A DNA stretch of 64,000 nucleotides from Candidatus Sericytochromatia bacterium (GCA_036675505.1 JAKFEW010000047.1:8821-72820); one strand, 5' to 3'; shown: positions 52,004 through 62,710, numbered from the stretch's first letter. The notes: generated by a model not told the origin, from the sequence alone. Program-made: numbers and translations.

Positions 52004-53653
52004 ATGACCGCCCGTAGCCCTTTGTTCGCCGCCCTGCGCCGCGCCGTCCGCGATGCGGAGCGCGCGGCGACGCTGCCGCTCGACGAGGTGATGGACCGCC
52101 GCGCGTTTCTGCGCGGCCTGGGTGCGGTGGGGGCCGGCACGCTGCTCTCCGCCTGCGGCATCGGGCCGGCCCGCGCGCAGGGCGCAGGCCTCGGCACGCT
52201 GGCCGCACACGCGGCCGGGCAGGGCGCGCGGGTGGCGATCGTGGGCGCCGGGATGGCCGGCCTCGGCGCAGGCCGCGCGCTCGCGAAGGCGGGCGTCGCT
52301 TACACGATCTACGAGGGCAACACCCGCGTGGGCGGCCGGATCCGCTCGGCCGGCGGCCTGATGGGGCCCGGGCTCACGACGGAGGTCGGGGCCGAGTTCA
52401 TCGACAGCTCGCACGCCCGCATGCTCGGCCTTGTGCGCGAGTTCGGCTTCCGGCTGATCGACGTGGCGCAGGACCACTCGCCCGTGGCGAGCGTCTACAG
52501 CTTCGGCGGCCAGCGCTACACGGAGCAGGACATCGCGACCGCGATCCGCCCGTACCTGGCGCGGTTCAAGGCCGACCAGGCGAAACTCGGCGACGCCCCG
52601 AGCTATCACGCGCCAGGCGCCTGGGCCGCGCTCGACCGGCTCAGCCTGGCCGACTACCTCGACCGGCTCGGCGTGAGCGGCTGGCTGCGCGCCTTCCTCG
52701 AGGCGGCCTACCTCTCGGAGTGCGGGCTCGACCCGGCCGAGCAGAGCGCCGTGAACTTCGTCGGGCTGGTCGGCACCGCGCTCCAGGGGGGCCTCTTCCC
52801 GATCATCGGCGACAGCGACGAGCGCTACAAGGTGGTCGGCGGCAACGAGCGCATCCCCCGCCGGCTCGCCGAACTGCAGGGCGAGCGCCTCCAGCTCGGC
52901 CACAAGCTCGTGGCGTTGGAGGCGGCGGGGGCCGGCTACCGCCTGACTTTCGCCCAGGCCGACGGGCCCACGCGCGAGGTGGCGGCGGACTTCGTGGTGC
53001 TCACGCTGCCCTTCTCGACCCTGCGGCAGGTCGCGCTGCGCGTCGAGCTGCCGCAGGCGAAGCGGCGGGCGATCGCCGAGCTCGGCTACGGCACCAACGC
53101 CAAGCTGTTCCTGGGCTTCCGCTCGCGCGTCTGGCGCGAGCAGGGCTGCTTCGGCGCCTTCCTCGCCGACGGCCTGCTGCCGAACGGCTGGGACAACACC
53201 TACGCCCAGCCAGGCCTGGCCGGCTCGCTGACGATCTACGCGGGCGGCCGCGGCGGCGTGGAACTCGCGCGGGGCACGGCCGCCGACCAGGCCGCGGCGC
53301 GCCTGCCCGGTCTCGAGGCGATCTTCCCCGGGGTGGCCGCGGCCTACACCGGCCAGGCCGAGCGCTTCGACTGGCCCGGCCACGTCTGGGCGCGTGGCAG
53401 CTACGGCTGCTACCGGCCCGGCCAGGCCGCGGCCTTCAAGGGCGCCGAAGGCGAGCCGGTCGGCCGCCTGTACTTCGCGGGCGAGCACTGCGCGGGCGAC
53501 AACCAGGGCTTCATGGAGGGGGCGCTCGAGACGGGCGAGGCGGCGGCGCGGGCGATCGTGCAGGCGCTGCGGGTGCCGGCCGCGCGTCAGGGTTCGCGGG
53601 CCGAAGCGGGTCCGGCTCGTGATCGCCTTCACCGGTATTTAGCCAATCGTTAA
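52004..53653 (+). CDS. Tat-exported flavin-containing amine oxidase
   Basis: Twin-arginine signal DRRAFLRGLGAVGAGTLLSA. Dinucleotide-binding motif RVAIVGAGMAGLGAGRAL. The C-terminal FAGEH motif is typical of the amino-oxidase family. Confidence 0.85.
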   Translation: MTARSPLFAALRRAVRDAERAATLPLDEVMDRRAFLRGLGAVGAGTLLSACGIGPARAQGAGLGTLAAHAAGQGARVAIVGAGMAGLGAGRALAKAGVAYTIYEGNTRVGGRIRSAGGLMGPGLTTEVGAEFIDSSHARMLGLVREFGFRLIDVAQDHSPVASVYSFGGQRYTEQDIATAIRPYLARFKADQAKLGDAPSYHAPGAWAALDRLSLADYLDRLGVSGWLRAFLEAAYLSECGLDPAEQSAVNFVGLVGTALQGGLFPIIGDSDERYKVVGGNERIPRRLAELQGERLQLGHKLVALEAAGAGYRLTFAQADGPTREVAADFVVLTLPFSTLRQVALRVELPQAKRRAIAELGYGTNAKLFLGFRSRVWREQGCFGAFLADGLLPNGWDNTYAQPGLAGSLTIYAGGRGGVELARGTAADQAAARLPGLEAIFPGVAAAYTGQAERFDWPGHVWARGSYGCYRPGQAAAFKGAEGEPVGRLYFAGEHCAGDNQGFMEGALETGEAAARAIVQALRVPAARQGSRAEAGPARDRLHRYLANR

Positions 53654-53731
53654 GCTATCGTTACCGCAAGTTCGACCGCCCGTCGGGGGATGGATCGGGT
53701 GGGGACGGGTGTCCCTGGAGTGGAGTCGGTG

Positions 53732-54784
53732 ATGAACTACGATGCCGGTGCCTACCGGCTGCTCGCTTACGCGGGTAGCCGGCCATCGACGGCGAAAGCC
53801 GAGCTTGCGGAGGTGCGTCAGCACGCGCGGGCGCTGAAGCGGGTGGCGCTGCTCGCGCGGCGGCCGGCGCCAGCCGCCCCGATCTCACTGCCGGGCCTGT
53901 TCCAGGCGATCCAGGGCATCCTCGCGACCATGGCCGGCTGGCTCTCGTCGTTCGTGTCCGTGCCCGTGCCACCCGCGCCCTTGCCGCCCCCGCCGGTACC
54001 ACCCTCGCCCCTGCCGCCAGCGGGCCCGGCGCCGTCCGGCCGCGCGGCGCGTTTCACGGTGAGCTCCTACAACATCCTCGGCAGCGACCACACGAAGCCT
54101 GGGGCCGACGCGGAGGAGTACGCCGCGGGGCCGACGCGCATCCGCTGGGCCGTCCAGCTACTCGAGGCGAAGGGCGTGGATGTGGTTGGCTTCCAGGAGA
54201 TGGCCCGGGACCAGGCGGCGGCGTTCCTGCAGGCCGCCGGCGGCACCTACGGGCTCTTCCCCGGCAACGGGAAGAAAGCTCCTTTCTCGTCGCACAACTC
54301 CATCGCCTGGCGCAAAGACACCTGGGACATGGTCAAGGCCTCCATGGTCGACATGGTCGGCCACAAGGGCCGGACCCAGCCGAGCCCGGTCGTGCGGCTG
54401 CGGCACAAGACCACCGGCGAGGAGGTCCTCTTCCTGAACTTCCACAACGCGCCTGGCTACCGCACCGGAACCCAGCAGCACAACCGCGACCAGGCCCGCG
54501 CGGCGCAGGTCGAGCTCGTGAGCCGCCTCCAGCGCGAGACCGGCCTGCCAGTCGTCGTGACCGGCGACATGAACGAGAAGGACGTCTACTTCCGCGACAT
54601 GACCCAGCAGGCCGGCATGCACGCCGCCAACCAGGGCCCGGGCGGCAAGGCGCCTCGCCAGATGGGCATCGACTGGATCTTCGGCTCGGCCGCTGTGAAG
54701 TTCTCGCGGTTTCTGCGCGAGCGCGGGCCGCTCGGGAAGAAGGTCTCGGACCACGCGATGCTCGTGACCGAGGTCAGCATCTGA
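53732..54784 (+). CDS. Endonuclease/exonuclease/phosphatase (EEP)-family protein
   Basis: ARFTVSSYNILG...VDVVGFQE...LPVVVTGDMN...SDHAMLVTEV are EEP catalytic motifs. Start uncertain (MNYD at 53732, or upstream at 53690). Confidence 0.7.
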   Translation: MNYDAGAYRLLAYAGSRPSTAKAELAEVRQHARALKRVALLARRPAPAAPISLPGLFQAIQGILATMAGWLSSFVSVPVPPAPLPPPPVPPSPLPPAGPAPSGRAARFTVSSYNILGSDHTKPGADAEEYAAGPTRIRWAVQLLEAKGVDVVGFQEMARDQAAAFLQAAGGTYGLFPGNGKKAPFSSHNSIAWRKDTWDMVKASMVDMVGHKGRTQPSPVVRLRHKTTGEEVLFLNFHNAPGYRTGTQQHNRDQARAAQVELVSRLQRETGLPVVVTGDMNEKDVYFRDMTQQAGMHAANQGPGGKAPRQMGIDWIFGSAAVKFSRFLRERGPLGKKVSDHAMLVTEVSI

Positions 54785-54788
54785 GCCC

Positions 54789-55598
54789 TCAGGGCTCGCG
54801 GAACTGGCCGTAATCCGGTGGGCGCTTTTCCATGAAGGCGTGTTGCCCCTCCATCGCCTCCTCCGTCCCGTAGTACAGGCTCAGGCCGCCGACGCCGAGG
54901 TTCGTGATCCCGGCCACGCCGTCCGTTTCGGCGTGGAAGGCGTACTTGAGCATCTTCAGCGCCGTCGGGCTCTTGGCGAGCAGCTCCTGGCACCACTTCG
55001 CCACCTCCTCATCGAGCTTCTCGGCGGGGACGACGGCGTTGACGAGGCCCATCTGGTGCGCCTCCGCGGCGGTGTAGCGGCGGCAGAGGTACCAGATCTC
55101 CTTGGCGCGCTTCATGCCGACCAGCCGGGCGAGGTCGCCGGTGCCGAAGCCCGGGTCGAAGCTGCCGACGCGCGGACCGGCCTGGCCGAACTGCGCGTGC
55201 TCGGCGGCGATCGACAGGTCGCAGACGACGTGGAAGACGTGGCCGCCGCCGATCGCGAAGCCGTTCACGCGCGCGATCACGGGCTTGGGGAGGGTGCGGA
55301 TCAGGTTCGTGACCATCTGCCAGCCGACTTCCAGCGGCAGCGCGGCGATCGCCCGGCCGTCGGCCCCGCGGTAGCCGCCGGGCTCGCGCAGGCTCTGGTC
55401 GCCCCCGGTGCAGAACGCCTTCTCGCCAGCGCCCGTCAGCACCACCACGCCCACGCGGGTGTCCGCCCAACATTCCGTGAGCGCGTGGGTGAGCTCGTGG
55501 ATCGTCACAGGGGTGCAGGCGTTGTAGCGCTCGGGGCGGTTGATGGTGAGGGTCGCGACGCCGTCGCGCTTCTCGAACAGGATTTCCGAATAGGTCAT
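54789..55598 (-). CDS. menB: 1,4-dihydroxy-2-naphthoyl-CoA synthase (crotonase fold)
   Basis: MTYSEILFEKRDGVATLTINRPERYNA...KAFCTGGDQ...VNGFAIGGGHVFHVVCDLSIAAEHAQFGQ matches the MenB signature. Confidence 0.85.
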   Translation of the reverse strand: MTYSEILFEKRDGVATLTINRPERYNACTPVTIHELTHALTECWADTRVGVVVLTGAGEKAFCTGGDQSLREPGGYRGADGRAIAALPLEVGWQMVTNLIRTLPKPVIARVNGFAIGGGHVFHVVCDLSIAAEHAQFGQAGPRVGSFDPGFGTGDLARLVGMKRAKEIWYLCRRYTAAEAHQMGLVNAVVPAEKLDEEVAKWCQELLAKSPTALKMLKYAFHAETDGVAGITNLGVGGLSLYYGTEEAMEGQHAFMEKRPPDYGQFREP

Positions 55599-55782
55599 GT
55601 TCCGTCCTCCCGCGCCGGGCGCGGGCCGGCGACCTGACCTTTCTACCATGGGAGTCGAACTCTTAGAGCACACCTGAGCTGCGCTCAGCTGGATCTCGGC
55701 CTCGGCGGATCAAGTGCGCCTCATTCATGTTACTATATGGTGACATATGGACAGCCCCCCATCGACGCAGGAGAATGAGACT

Positions 55783-56271
55783 ATGCCCCAGACGCAAACC
55801 CCCACGCGCCGCCTCGTGCAGCACATCCGCTTGAAAGCGCCCGTGGCGCGCGTGTTCAAGGCGCTGACGGATGCCGACGAGCTTCGGAAGTGGTTTCCCG
55901 ACCAGGCGGCCACCGATCCGCGCGTGGGCGGCGGCTGGCGCTTCGAGTTCCAGAAGGCCGGCGCGCTCTTCGTGGCCGAAGGCAAGTACCTGGAGGTGGT
56001 GCCGGATCGGCTCGTTCGCTACAGCTGGATCTCGCCGCTCGACGCGTCCGGTGCCGAGCTGACGAACTTGACCGTGGTCTTCAAGCTGGAGGCTGACGGC
56101 GACGAGACCGACGTCTACCTGGAGGAGACCGGTTATGGCGAAGGCAGCCTCTACGATGCGTTGTTCGGCGACCGCTCGAACGGCTGGGGCTTCTTCATGG
56201 GCAACCTGGCCTCGATGCTCGCGGGCGGTGCGGACCTGCGCGAGCCCGGGAAGGCCCCTTGCGACGCCTGA
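55783..56271 (+). CDS. SRPBCC-superfamily protein (AHSA1-like)
   Basis: VQHIRLKAPVARVFKALTDADELRKWFPDQAATDPRVGGGWRFEF is SRPBCC-like. Confidence 0.65.
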   Translation: MPQTQTPTRRLVQHIRLKAPVARVFKALTDADELRKWFPDQAATDPRVGGGWRFEFQKAGALFVAEGKYLEVVPDRLVRYSWISPLDASGAELTNLTVVFKLEADGDETDVYLEETGYGEGSLYDALFGDRSNGWGFFMGNLASMLAGGADLREPGKAPCDA

Positions 56272-56678
56272 AACGAGGCGACGAGGCGGAGCGCGCGAGC
56301 GCCCCGCCTGACCCGCCGGAGGTGGACGCGGACGAGGACGACCTCGGTCCGGTCTGGAAGGCCCTGGCGGATCCGACCCGCCGGCGCTTGTTGGACGCGC
56401 TGCGCGCGGGCCCGCAAACCACCGGCGCGCTCTGCGCCCTGTTCCCTAAGCTGGCCCGCGTCACCGTGATCAAGCACCTCGGCGTCCTGGAGGATGCCGA
56501 CCTGGTGGTGGTGAGGGCCCGCGGACGCGAGCGCTGGAACTATCTGAACGCCGTGCCGATCCAGCGGATTGCCGAGCGCTGGATCGGGCCTTTCGAGGCC
56601 CACTGGGCTTCAGCGTTGTTGAGCCTGAAGTCGCACGTGGAGCGGCCGGCCGAATCCGACGCCGGGGGGCGTCCTTGA
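56259..56678 (+). CDS. ArsR/SmtB-family transcriptional regulator (second copy)
   Basis: LADPTRRRLLDALRAGPQTTGALCALFPKLARVTVIKHLGVLEDADLVVVRARGRERWNYL is a winged-HTH ArsR signature. Start uncertain; it overlaps the upstream gene by 13 nt. Confidence 0.75.
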   Translation: MRRLKRGDEAERASAPPDPPEVDADEDDLGPVWKALADPTRRRLLDALRAGPQTTGALCALFPKLARVTVIKHLGVLEDADLVVVRARGRERWNYLNAVPIQRIAERWIGPFEAHWASALLSLKSHVERPAESDAGGRP

Positions 56679-56742
56679 CCCCGGTGTTCAGGCCGGCATA
56701 TGATCCGCGCTCGCCCGGATGCCCGATCCTTCTGGAGGTTCG

Positions 56743-57222
56743 ATGACCACGACGATCTCCCAACCTATGGCCACGGCGGTCATGCTCATTCGCAGGCCGG
56801 TTGAAGAGGTCTTCGAGGCGTTCATCGATCCGGCGATCACCACCAAGTTTTGGTTCACCAAGAGCACGGGAAGGCTCGAGGTCGGCAAACAAGTCGAGTG
56901 GAGCTGGGAGATGTATGGCGTCTCCGCCCCCGTAGATGTGAAGGCGATCGCACCCAACGACAAGGTTGTCATCGAATGGGGCGCCGAGGGTAGCAAGACC
57001 ACCGTCGAATGGTCCTTTAGAAGCTTGGGCGAGAAGGGAACCTATGTCAGCATCGTCAATACGGGCTTCAAGGGCAGCCCCGATGAAATCGTCGCCCAGG
57101 TGAACGATTCGGCCGGAGGCTTCAACCTCCTACTGGCGGGCCTCAAGGCCTGGCTCGAGCACGGCCTCCAGCTCAACCTGGTGGGCGATCATGTTCCGGA
57201 AGAAATTCGCCAGGGTGGTTGA
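56743..57222 (+). CDS. SRPBCC-superfamily protein (AHSA1-like)
   Basis: AVMLIRRPVEEVFEAFIDPAITTKFWFTKSTGRLEVGKQVEWSWEMYGVS is SRPBCC-like. It lies downstream of the ArsR copy, as in the 5307-6160 module. Confidence 0.7.
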   Translation: MTTTISQPMATAVMLIRRPVEEVFEAFIDPAITTKFWFTKSTGRLEVGKQVEWSWEMYGVSAPVDVKAIAPNDKVVIEWGAEGSKTTVEWSFRSLGEKGTYVSIVNTGFKGSPDEIVAQVNDSAGGFNLLLAGLKAWLEHGLQLNLVGDHVPEEIRQGG

Positions 57223-57391
57223 CTGAATCAGGAGCCACCCTCCAGGAGCGTGCCCATCGGGAGTTGCAGGCGCGTCGGCAGCCGCGCGCCCTTGACGGTG
57301 AACGTCCAGTCCTCCGCCGTGCCTCGCGGGCGGGCGTCCAGCAGGAAGGGCCAGCCGGCGGCCTCGATGTGGCCGTCCCCCTCGAGCGTGA

Positions 57392-58888
57392 TCAGGGCGC
57401 CTGCGAAGGCAGCACCGGCGGCCCGTCGCCGCCGGCGGTCGGATCCGGCAGCGCGCCGGGATCGAAGACCCGGATGCGGTGGTTGGCCGTGTCGGCCACG
57501 TACACCTTGCCCGCCTTGCCATCGCCCACGTAGATCACGCCCAGCGGGTTGTGGAATCGTCCGCGGTCCTCGACCGGTCCTGCGAGGGTGGGCCCGTCGC
57601 GGAACAGCCCGGCCACGGCGGCGCCTTCCGCCCGCTCGCCGGCGCCTGCCAGCGTGCGGGAGCCCAGCGTGTCGGTGTGCAGGCGGATGCGCTGGTTGCC
57701 GCTCTCTGCGATGAACAGGTTCATGGTCGGCCCAACGCAGAGGCCACCGCCCGCCGCGCTGAAATCGTAGCGGCCTGCTCCCTGGCCGGCGTCCTCGTAG
57801 CCCGGGTCGATCGCCCCCGAGTAGCTCAAGACCTGGGCGGTGGCGGCCGTCCCTTCGTTGACCAGGACCTGCCGGATGCGGCCGTCGAGCCGGTCGATCA
57901 CGAAGAGCAAGAAGCCATCCCAGGCCACCGCCATCGGCTCGAAGAACGTCGCGGCGGTCCCTGTGCCGTCGGCATTGCCCGGCAGGCCGGTCCCCGCGAT
58001 GGTCGTGACCGTGTGGTCGGCGCCCTGGGTGTCGATCACGCGGATCCGCCGGTTGCCGGAATCGGCCACGTAGAGCAGCTTCTTGGTTTCATCGTACGCG
58101 AGCCCGCGGGGCGACTTGAACGCCGCGGCCGCGCCGGGGCCGTCGAGAAAGCCTTCCGCCGTCCCCGCGAGCGTCGAGACCGAGGTGACATTGCCGCCCG
58201 TGAGGCCCAGCTTGCGAATCCGGTGGTTGCCGGTGTCCGCGATGTAGATGGCGTCCGGCGCCACCGCCAGGCCCGCGGGGCGGTTGAAGGTGGCGGCCCG
58301 CGGGTCGGAGGCGTCGTCGGCGCCGATCCCGCCCTCGCCCGCGAGGGTCGAGACCATGCCCGCGCGCGTGACGTGACGCACCCGGTGGTTGCCGGTATCC
58401 ACGACCACGATCATGTCGGTCGCCTGGACGTAACCGATCGCGGCCGGCTCGCTGAAGCTCGCGGCCGCGCCCTGGCCGTCGTCGTCGCCCGCCGTGCCGC
58501 TGCCGGCCAGGGTGGTCAGCAGGGGCGGCGTCGGGGTCGGCGCCGGCGCCGTGGAGACGACCGGCGACGGGGAGGGTGAAGTGGTTTCGCCGGGCGAAGC
58601 CGAAGCCGAGGGCGAGCCCGTCGGCGTGGCGGACGCGCCCGTCGTGGGCGCCGTGCTCGCGTCGCTGCCGGGCGAGCCCGAGGGCTGCGGCGACGTCTCG
58701 GTGCCACCGTTCGGCGGCGCAACGGAAGCCGAGGCCGGGATCAGCGGCCCGCTGCCACCCGAAGACGGCGACGCACCGGTCGAGGTCTTGCGCGAGGTGG
58801 GTCGCTTCGCGACGGTCTCGTCGCCACCGTTCGTCGGCACCGTGGTGGGCGGTGCCGTGCAGGCCACCAGGCAGACGGCCAGCAGCAT
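57392..58888 (-). CDS. NHL-repeat beta-propeller lipoprotein
   Basis: Lipobox MLLAVCLVACTAPP. Long Ser/Pro/Thr linker. At least six NHL-like repeats with the YV/IADTGNHRIR motif. Confidence 0.8.
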   Translation of the reverse strand: MLLAVCLVACTAPPTTVPTNGGDETVAKRPTSRKTSTGASPSSGGSGPLIPASASVAPPNGGTETSPQPSGSPGSDASTAPTTGASATPTGSPSASASPGETTSPSPSPVVSTAPAPTPTPPLLTTLAGSGTAGDDDGQGAAASFSEPAAIGYVQATDMIVVVDTGNHRVRHVTRAGMVSTLAGEGGIGADDASDPRAATFNRPAGLAVAPDAIYIADTGNHRIRKLGLTGGNVTSVSTLAGTAEGFLDGPGAAAAFKSPRGLAYDETKKLLYVADSGNRRIRVIDTQGADHTVTTIAGTGLPGNADGTGTAATFFEPMAVAWDGFLLFVIDRLDGRIRQVLVNEGTAATAQVLSYSGAIDPGYEDAGQGAGRYDFSAAGGGLCVGPTMNLFIAESGNQRIRLHTDTLGSRTLAGAGERAEGAAVAGLFRDGPTLAGPVEDRGRFHNPLGVIYVGDGKAGKVYVADTANHRIRVFDPGALPDPTAGGDGPPVLPSQAP

Positions 58889-58978
58889 GGTCCCCACAAC
58901 CGCGCGCCGCGGAGGACCGTTTGGGGAGCGCTGCCAGCCGTTCGCCATGTTTATCCGTCTTCCGCCCGGTCGGCGCGC

Positions 58979-61507
58979 CTACTTGGGCGCCACGAACGAG
59001 GTCTTGAGGGTCACCGGGTAGGCGTAATCGCCGCCCCGGCTGATGTTCGCGAGCACCGGGTAGTTGAAGCTGCCGTCCTGCATCGTCAGGGAGTTCGCGA
59101 AGTCTTCGGTCATGATGCGCACGATTTCAAACTTATGCTTGTTGGGCACGCCCACCGGCTCCTCGACGGGGATGCTGACCGTGATCACGCCGGCGGCCGG
59201 CGCGGGCAGCTTCATGGTGCGTTCCAGCTTCACGCCGCTCGCGTCCGTGATGGTGTAGGCCATGACCAGGTCGGCGCCGGCCGTCCCATCCACCTGGATG
59301 CGGACGGTGGGCAGGTTGGCGTTGAGCGCGATCGCGACGTTGCGGCCGTCGATCTGGCCCGTGCCGCTGCCGGTCAGCCTGACGCCGTTGGCGCTGCGCT
59401 CGGCGGTGATCGTGGAGGTCGTGCCGCCGATGCCCCAGGTCGAGGCGCTGCCCACGTTGGAGAACGAGAGCGCCTCCGAGCGCGTCTTGCGCGTGTAGCC
59501 CGACTGCGCGTGAGCGAACGTGATCGAGGCGCCCGAGACGGCCTGGCCGGACCACTTGCTGGTCGGCCGCTGGTCGGTCGCCACCGAGGCGTCGTTGGAG
59601 CCGTAGCTCAACACGGCGCCGATCTTGCGCGACACCCAGATGTCCGCGGGGAGGGAATGCGTGCCGTTCCAGGTCGCGTTGACCGCCCCGGAGGTCACAT
59701 CGGCCCAGGTATCCGCGTTCGGCTGATAAGTGCCGTCGATCGCGAAGGACGCCGAGGCGCTCGCAAGCGGAATCGTCGGCTTGACGGTCGCCCGCGGCAG
59801 GCTCGCCAACTTGTACGTGCCCAGGTTGGTCGGCACGTCGAGGCTGCCGGGCCAATCGCCCCGCACGTTCGCGCTCACGTTCACGCGCGGCATCATCTTC
59901 ACGATGTTCAGCCCGACCGTGCGGCAGTCGACGTGGTAGTTCGCGGTCGTGCCGTAGGTGAAGCCGCCCTGGCTCGGATACGAGGCGGTCGCCGAGCCGT
60001 AGGAGCCGTTCACGCCGATCGTCGAGGCGTAGCCGTCGGAAGCCGTGTAGACCGACATCGGCACGTTGTTCCGCACCGGCGCCAGCGAGTGGCTGAAGTC
60101 CACGCGGGCGTTGGGCACGGTGCCGCTCACGCGCGGGTCATCCGAGAGCCAGGTGACCAGGGCGTTGATCGACTTGGAGGCCCAGGTCGTGTAGGTCGTC
60201 TGCCACGCGTAGCCGGGGTCCCGCACGTAGATGCGGCCGTTGTCGCAGTAGTACTGCTCCGGATCGAACTGGTAATAGACGCAACGCCCGCCGTTCACGT
60301 TCGGGTGGTGGGTCATGATCGTGATCCAGCTCGGGATCGAGCTGCCTGCCTGCATGCCCCAGCTGTTGTGCTCGTACTGCGCCGCGGTGCCCCCGCTGAC
60401 GCAGTGGCCGCCGGCGGACGGCGAGTAGCTGTTGATCCAGTTCGAGCTCACGTTGTTGCTGGTGCGGTAGCCGCCGCTCCAGATCGGCACCTCGATGCCC
60501 GGCTTGAGCGTGCCCCACTCGCGCTTGACCTGGAAGGTCTGCGACTGCTGATCGCTGTAGTTGTCGCACTTGGCCGCGAACAGCCGACGCTTGGCGGCCT
60601 CGCCCGACGCGGTCTGGGGGCCCACGTAGCGCATCGCCAGCCAGAAGTTGCCGTCGGCGTCGCGCGTGATCGCTTCCGAGGAATCCTCGAACTTGTCGCC
60701 GGCCTCGTGGCGCGCGCGCAGCAGCTCCGCCATCTTGCCTTCGGTGCGGAACTTGACGATCACCTCGGCGCCCGGGGCGACTTCGACGCCTTCACCCAGG
60801 TCGAGGCTGTAGTGGTACGTGCCGAGCGGCATGTTGTCGGCGAGCTTGTAGCCGGCATCCGCGAACGAGAGCGGGTTCGCGTTGTCCTTGTGGGCGCTCA
60901 CCGTGAAGGGGATCTCTTCGGGCAAGCGCTGCCCGGGCAGGCCGTTCTCGGCGTACAGGCGCGTGACGGCGACCTGGGAGTCGCCGGTCAGCGCGCCCGG
61001 CGGGAAGACGACCTCGAGGTTCCCGGCGCTGTTGCGGGCCGAGCCACCACCGCCGGCGGCGATCGCCGTGCGCTGCGCATCGAGCGGCGTCAACGCCACG
61101 GCGTGGCCGGGCGTGACGTCCATGACCTGGGGCGCAAAGCCCGCGGCGCGCACGACGGCGGCGCTCTTGCCCTCGGCGACGAGCTCGGCGGGAAGGGTCA
61201 CGACGCCCTTCTCGTCCGCGACGAGCATCGCCTGGCCGATCTGGAGCTGGGCGCCCGGCAACAAACGGCCTTCGACGTCCTTGATCTGGATCTGATCGCC
61301 GCGCACCGCCGAGTCGGCGAGCACCATGCCCAGGTTCCTCGCGAGCTCGGCGTTCGCACGGAGGACGGGCCCCATCGTGCTGCCGTTGATCACGGCTTCG
61401 CTCACCACGCCTTGCGGCGCCTTCCCGTTGCACGCGGCCAGCATCGCGAGGCCGAGCGTGGCGAACAGCAGAGGCGAGGCTCCCCGGTACGGACGCTTCA
61501 TCTTCAT
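58979..61507 (-). CDS. Large secreted lipoprotein (842 aa), hypothetical, with an N-terminal carboxypeptidase-regulatory-like domain
   Basis: Lipobox LGLAMLAAC. IQIKDVEGRLLPGAQLQIGQAMLVADEKGVVTLPAELVAEG is CarbopepD_reg-like. The remainder is Ser/Thr/Gly/Asn-rich beta-rich sequence with no recognised catalytic motif. Confidence 0.55.
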   Translation of the reverse strand: MKMKRPYRGASPLLFATLGLAMLAACNGKAPQGVVSEAVINGSTMGPVLRANAELARNLGMVLADSAVRGDQIQIKDVEGRLLPGAQLQIGQAMLVADEKGVVTLPAELVAEGKSAAVVRAAGFAPQVMDVTPGHAVALTPLDAQRTAIAAGGGGSARNSAGNLEVVFPPGALTGDSQVAVTRLYAENGLPGQRLPEEIPFTVSAHKDNANPLSFADAGYKLADNMPLGTYHYSLDLGEGVEVAPGAEVIVKFRTEGKMAELLRARHEAGDKFEDSSEAITRDADGNFWLAMRYVGPQTASGEAAKRRLFAAKCDNYSDQQSQTFQVKREWGTLKPGIEVPIWSGGYRTSNNVSSNWINSYSPSAGGHCVSGGTAAQYEHNSWGMQAGSSIPSWITIMTHHPNVNGGRCVYYQFDPEQYYCDNGRIYVRDPGYAWQTTYTTWASKSINALVTWLSDDPRVSGTVPNARVDFSHSLAPVRNNVPMSVYTASDGYASTIGVNGSYGSATASYPSQGGFTYGTTANYHVDCRTVGLNIVKMMPRVNVSANVRGDWPGSLDVPTNLGTYKLASLPRATVKPTIPLASASASFAIDGTYQPNADTWADVTSGAVNATWNGTHSLPADIWVSRKIGAVLSYGSNDASVATDQRPTSKWSGQAVSGASITFAHAQSGYTRKTRSEALSFSNVGSASTWGIGGTTSTITAERSANGVRLTGSGTGQIDGRNVAIALNANLPTVRIQVDGTAGADLVMAYTITDASGVKLERTMKLPAPAAGVITVSIPVEEPVGVPNKHKFEIVRIMTEDFANSLTMQDGSFNYPVLANISRGGDYAYPVTLKTSFVAPK

Positions 61508-61696
61508 CTCGATTCCTTCCCCTAGGCGGCTGGCGCCGCGTCATGCCATGACGCAGGTTCTTCCCCAGAACCCCTGGCTTCTTGTTCCACAGATTGACAG
61601 TAAGTTAACAGCTCCGACATAAACAGGCGGCCGATCAGCCCCGGCCAGCCGCCGGGCCCGGGTGGCGGGATCACTTCGCGGGGGCCATCGACGGGT

Positions 61697-62710
61697 ATGT
61701 GCTCATGGCCGCCGTCCAAGGAGCCCCCGTTGCCGTCCCTGCGCCTGCCTTGCTTCACCCTGTTCGTCGCCCTCATGGTCGTGGGCGCCGTTGCCCCCGC
61801 CTGGGCCCACCCTGCACACGCGCCCGCGGCGGCACCCGCCGTCGCCGGGCCGGCCGGCTGGCGCGAGCCGGTGGACCTGGCCGACGCCGTGGCGCGCCTG
61901 GCCGCGGCCCGCGCGCGGCTGGCGGCCACCGGGCGCGTGCCGCTGCGGTACACCGAGGCGCAGCTGCGGGCCATGGCCAAGGCCGGCGACCTGGGGAACA
62001 CGCGCTATCTGGTGCGCATCGTGCCGGCGGCGCCCGGTGAGAACGCCCTGTTGGGGTTCCCGCGGCCCTTCGGCAAGCTGCCGCTCTGGGTGGCGACCTT
62101 CGAGCAGCTCGAGGCCGCCGACACCGATCCTGAGGTCATCGCGCGCCTGTTGGGCCTGAACCTCGATCCCGCGGCCAGCTACCACGTCCTCGTGCTGCGC
62201 GACCTGGGGGCCGACGCGGCCCGGCGGCCGGAGCTCGTGTGCCCCACGCGCGCGAAGATAGCCGAGCTGGCGGCGCGTGACCTGACCAACGCGGCGTTCG
62301 GCGCCGCCGATTTCACGGCGGTGCTCGCCAAGGACTACCGCATTCCCTACCACCACCTGATGGACGATTTCTACAAGCGGGGCTTCAAGGAGTACATCCC
62401 AGACGACGTCGACCACTTCATCGCGACCACCCCGGCCTTGAAAGACGACGCCGCGGCGCAGAAGCGGTTTCGCGCCCGGATCCGCGTGCATGCGCAGTTC
62501 GGCGTTTCGGAGTGGTTCCGCGGCAACGGTGCGACCTTCATGACGGGCGGTGGGGCGCGCGAGCTGGGGGTCCACGAGATCTTCTTGCTCGATCCGGACC
62601 CCAAGCCGATCGGGACTTACGTGTCCCAGGGGAGGCTCGCGATCGTGCCCTGTAAGCCGCTGGTCAAGCCGGGGCCGCTGGTATTCTTGGAACCAGATGG
62701 CCGGCCCTGA
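61697..62710 (+). CDS. Hypothetical secreted protein
   Basis: Signal-like N-terminus (LPCFTLFVALMVVGAVAPAWA). Coding-like GC3. Confidence 0.45.
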   Translation: MCSWPPSKEPPLPSLRLPCFTLFVALMVVGAVAPAWAHPAHAPAAAPAVAGPAGWREPVDLADAVARLAAARARLAATGRVPLRYTEAQLRAMAKAGDLGNTRYLVRIVPAAPGENALLGFPRPFGKLPLWVATFEQLEAADTDPEVIARLLGLNLDPAASYHVLVLRDLGADAARRPELVCPTRAKIAELAARDLTNAAFGAADFTAVLAKDYRIPYHHLMDDFYKRGFKEYIPDDVDHFIATTPALKDDAAAQKRFRARIRVHAQFGVSEWFRGNGATFMTGGGARELGVHEIFLLDPDPKPIGTYVSQGRLAIVPCKPLVKPGPLVFLEPDGRP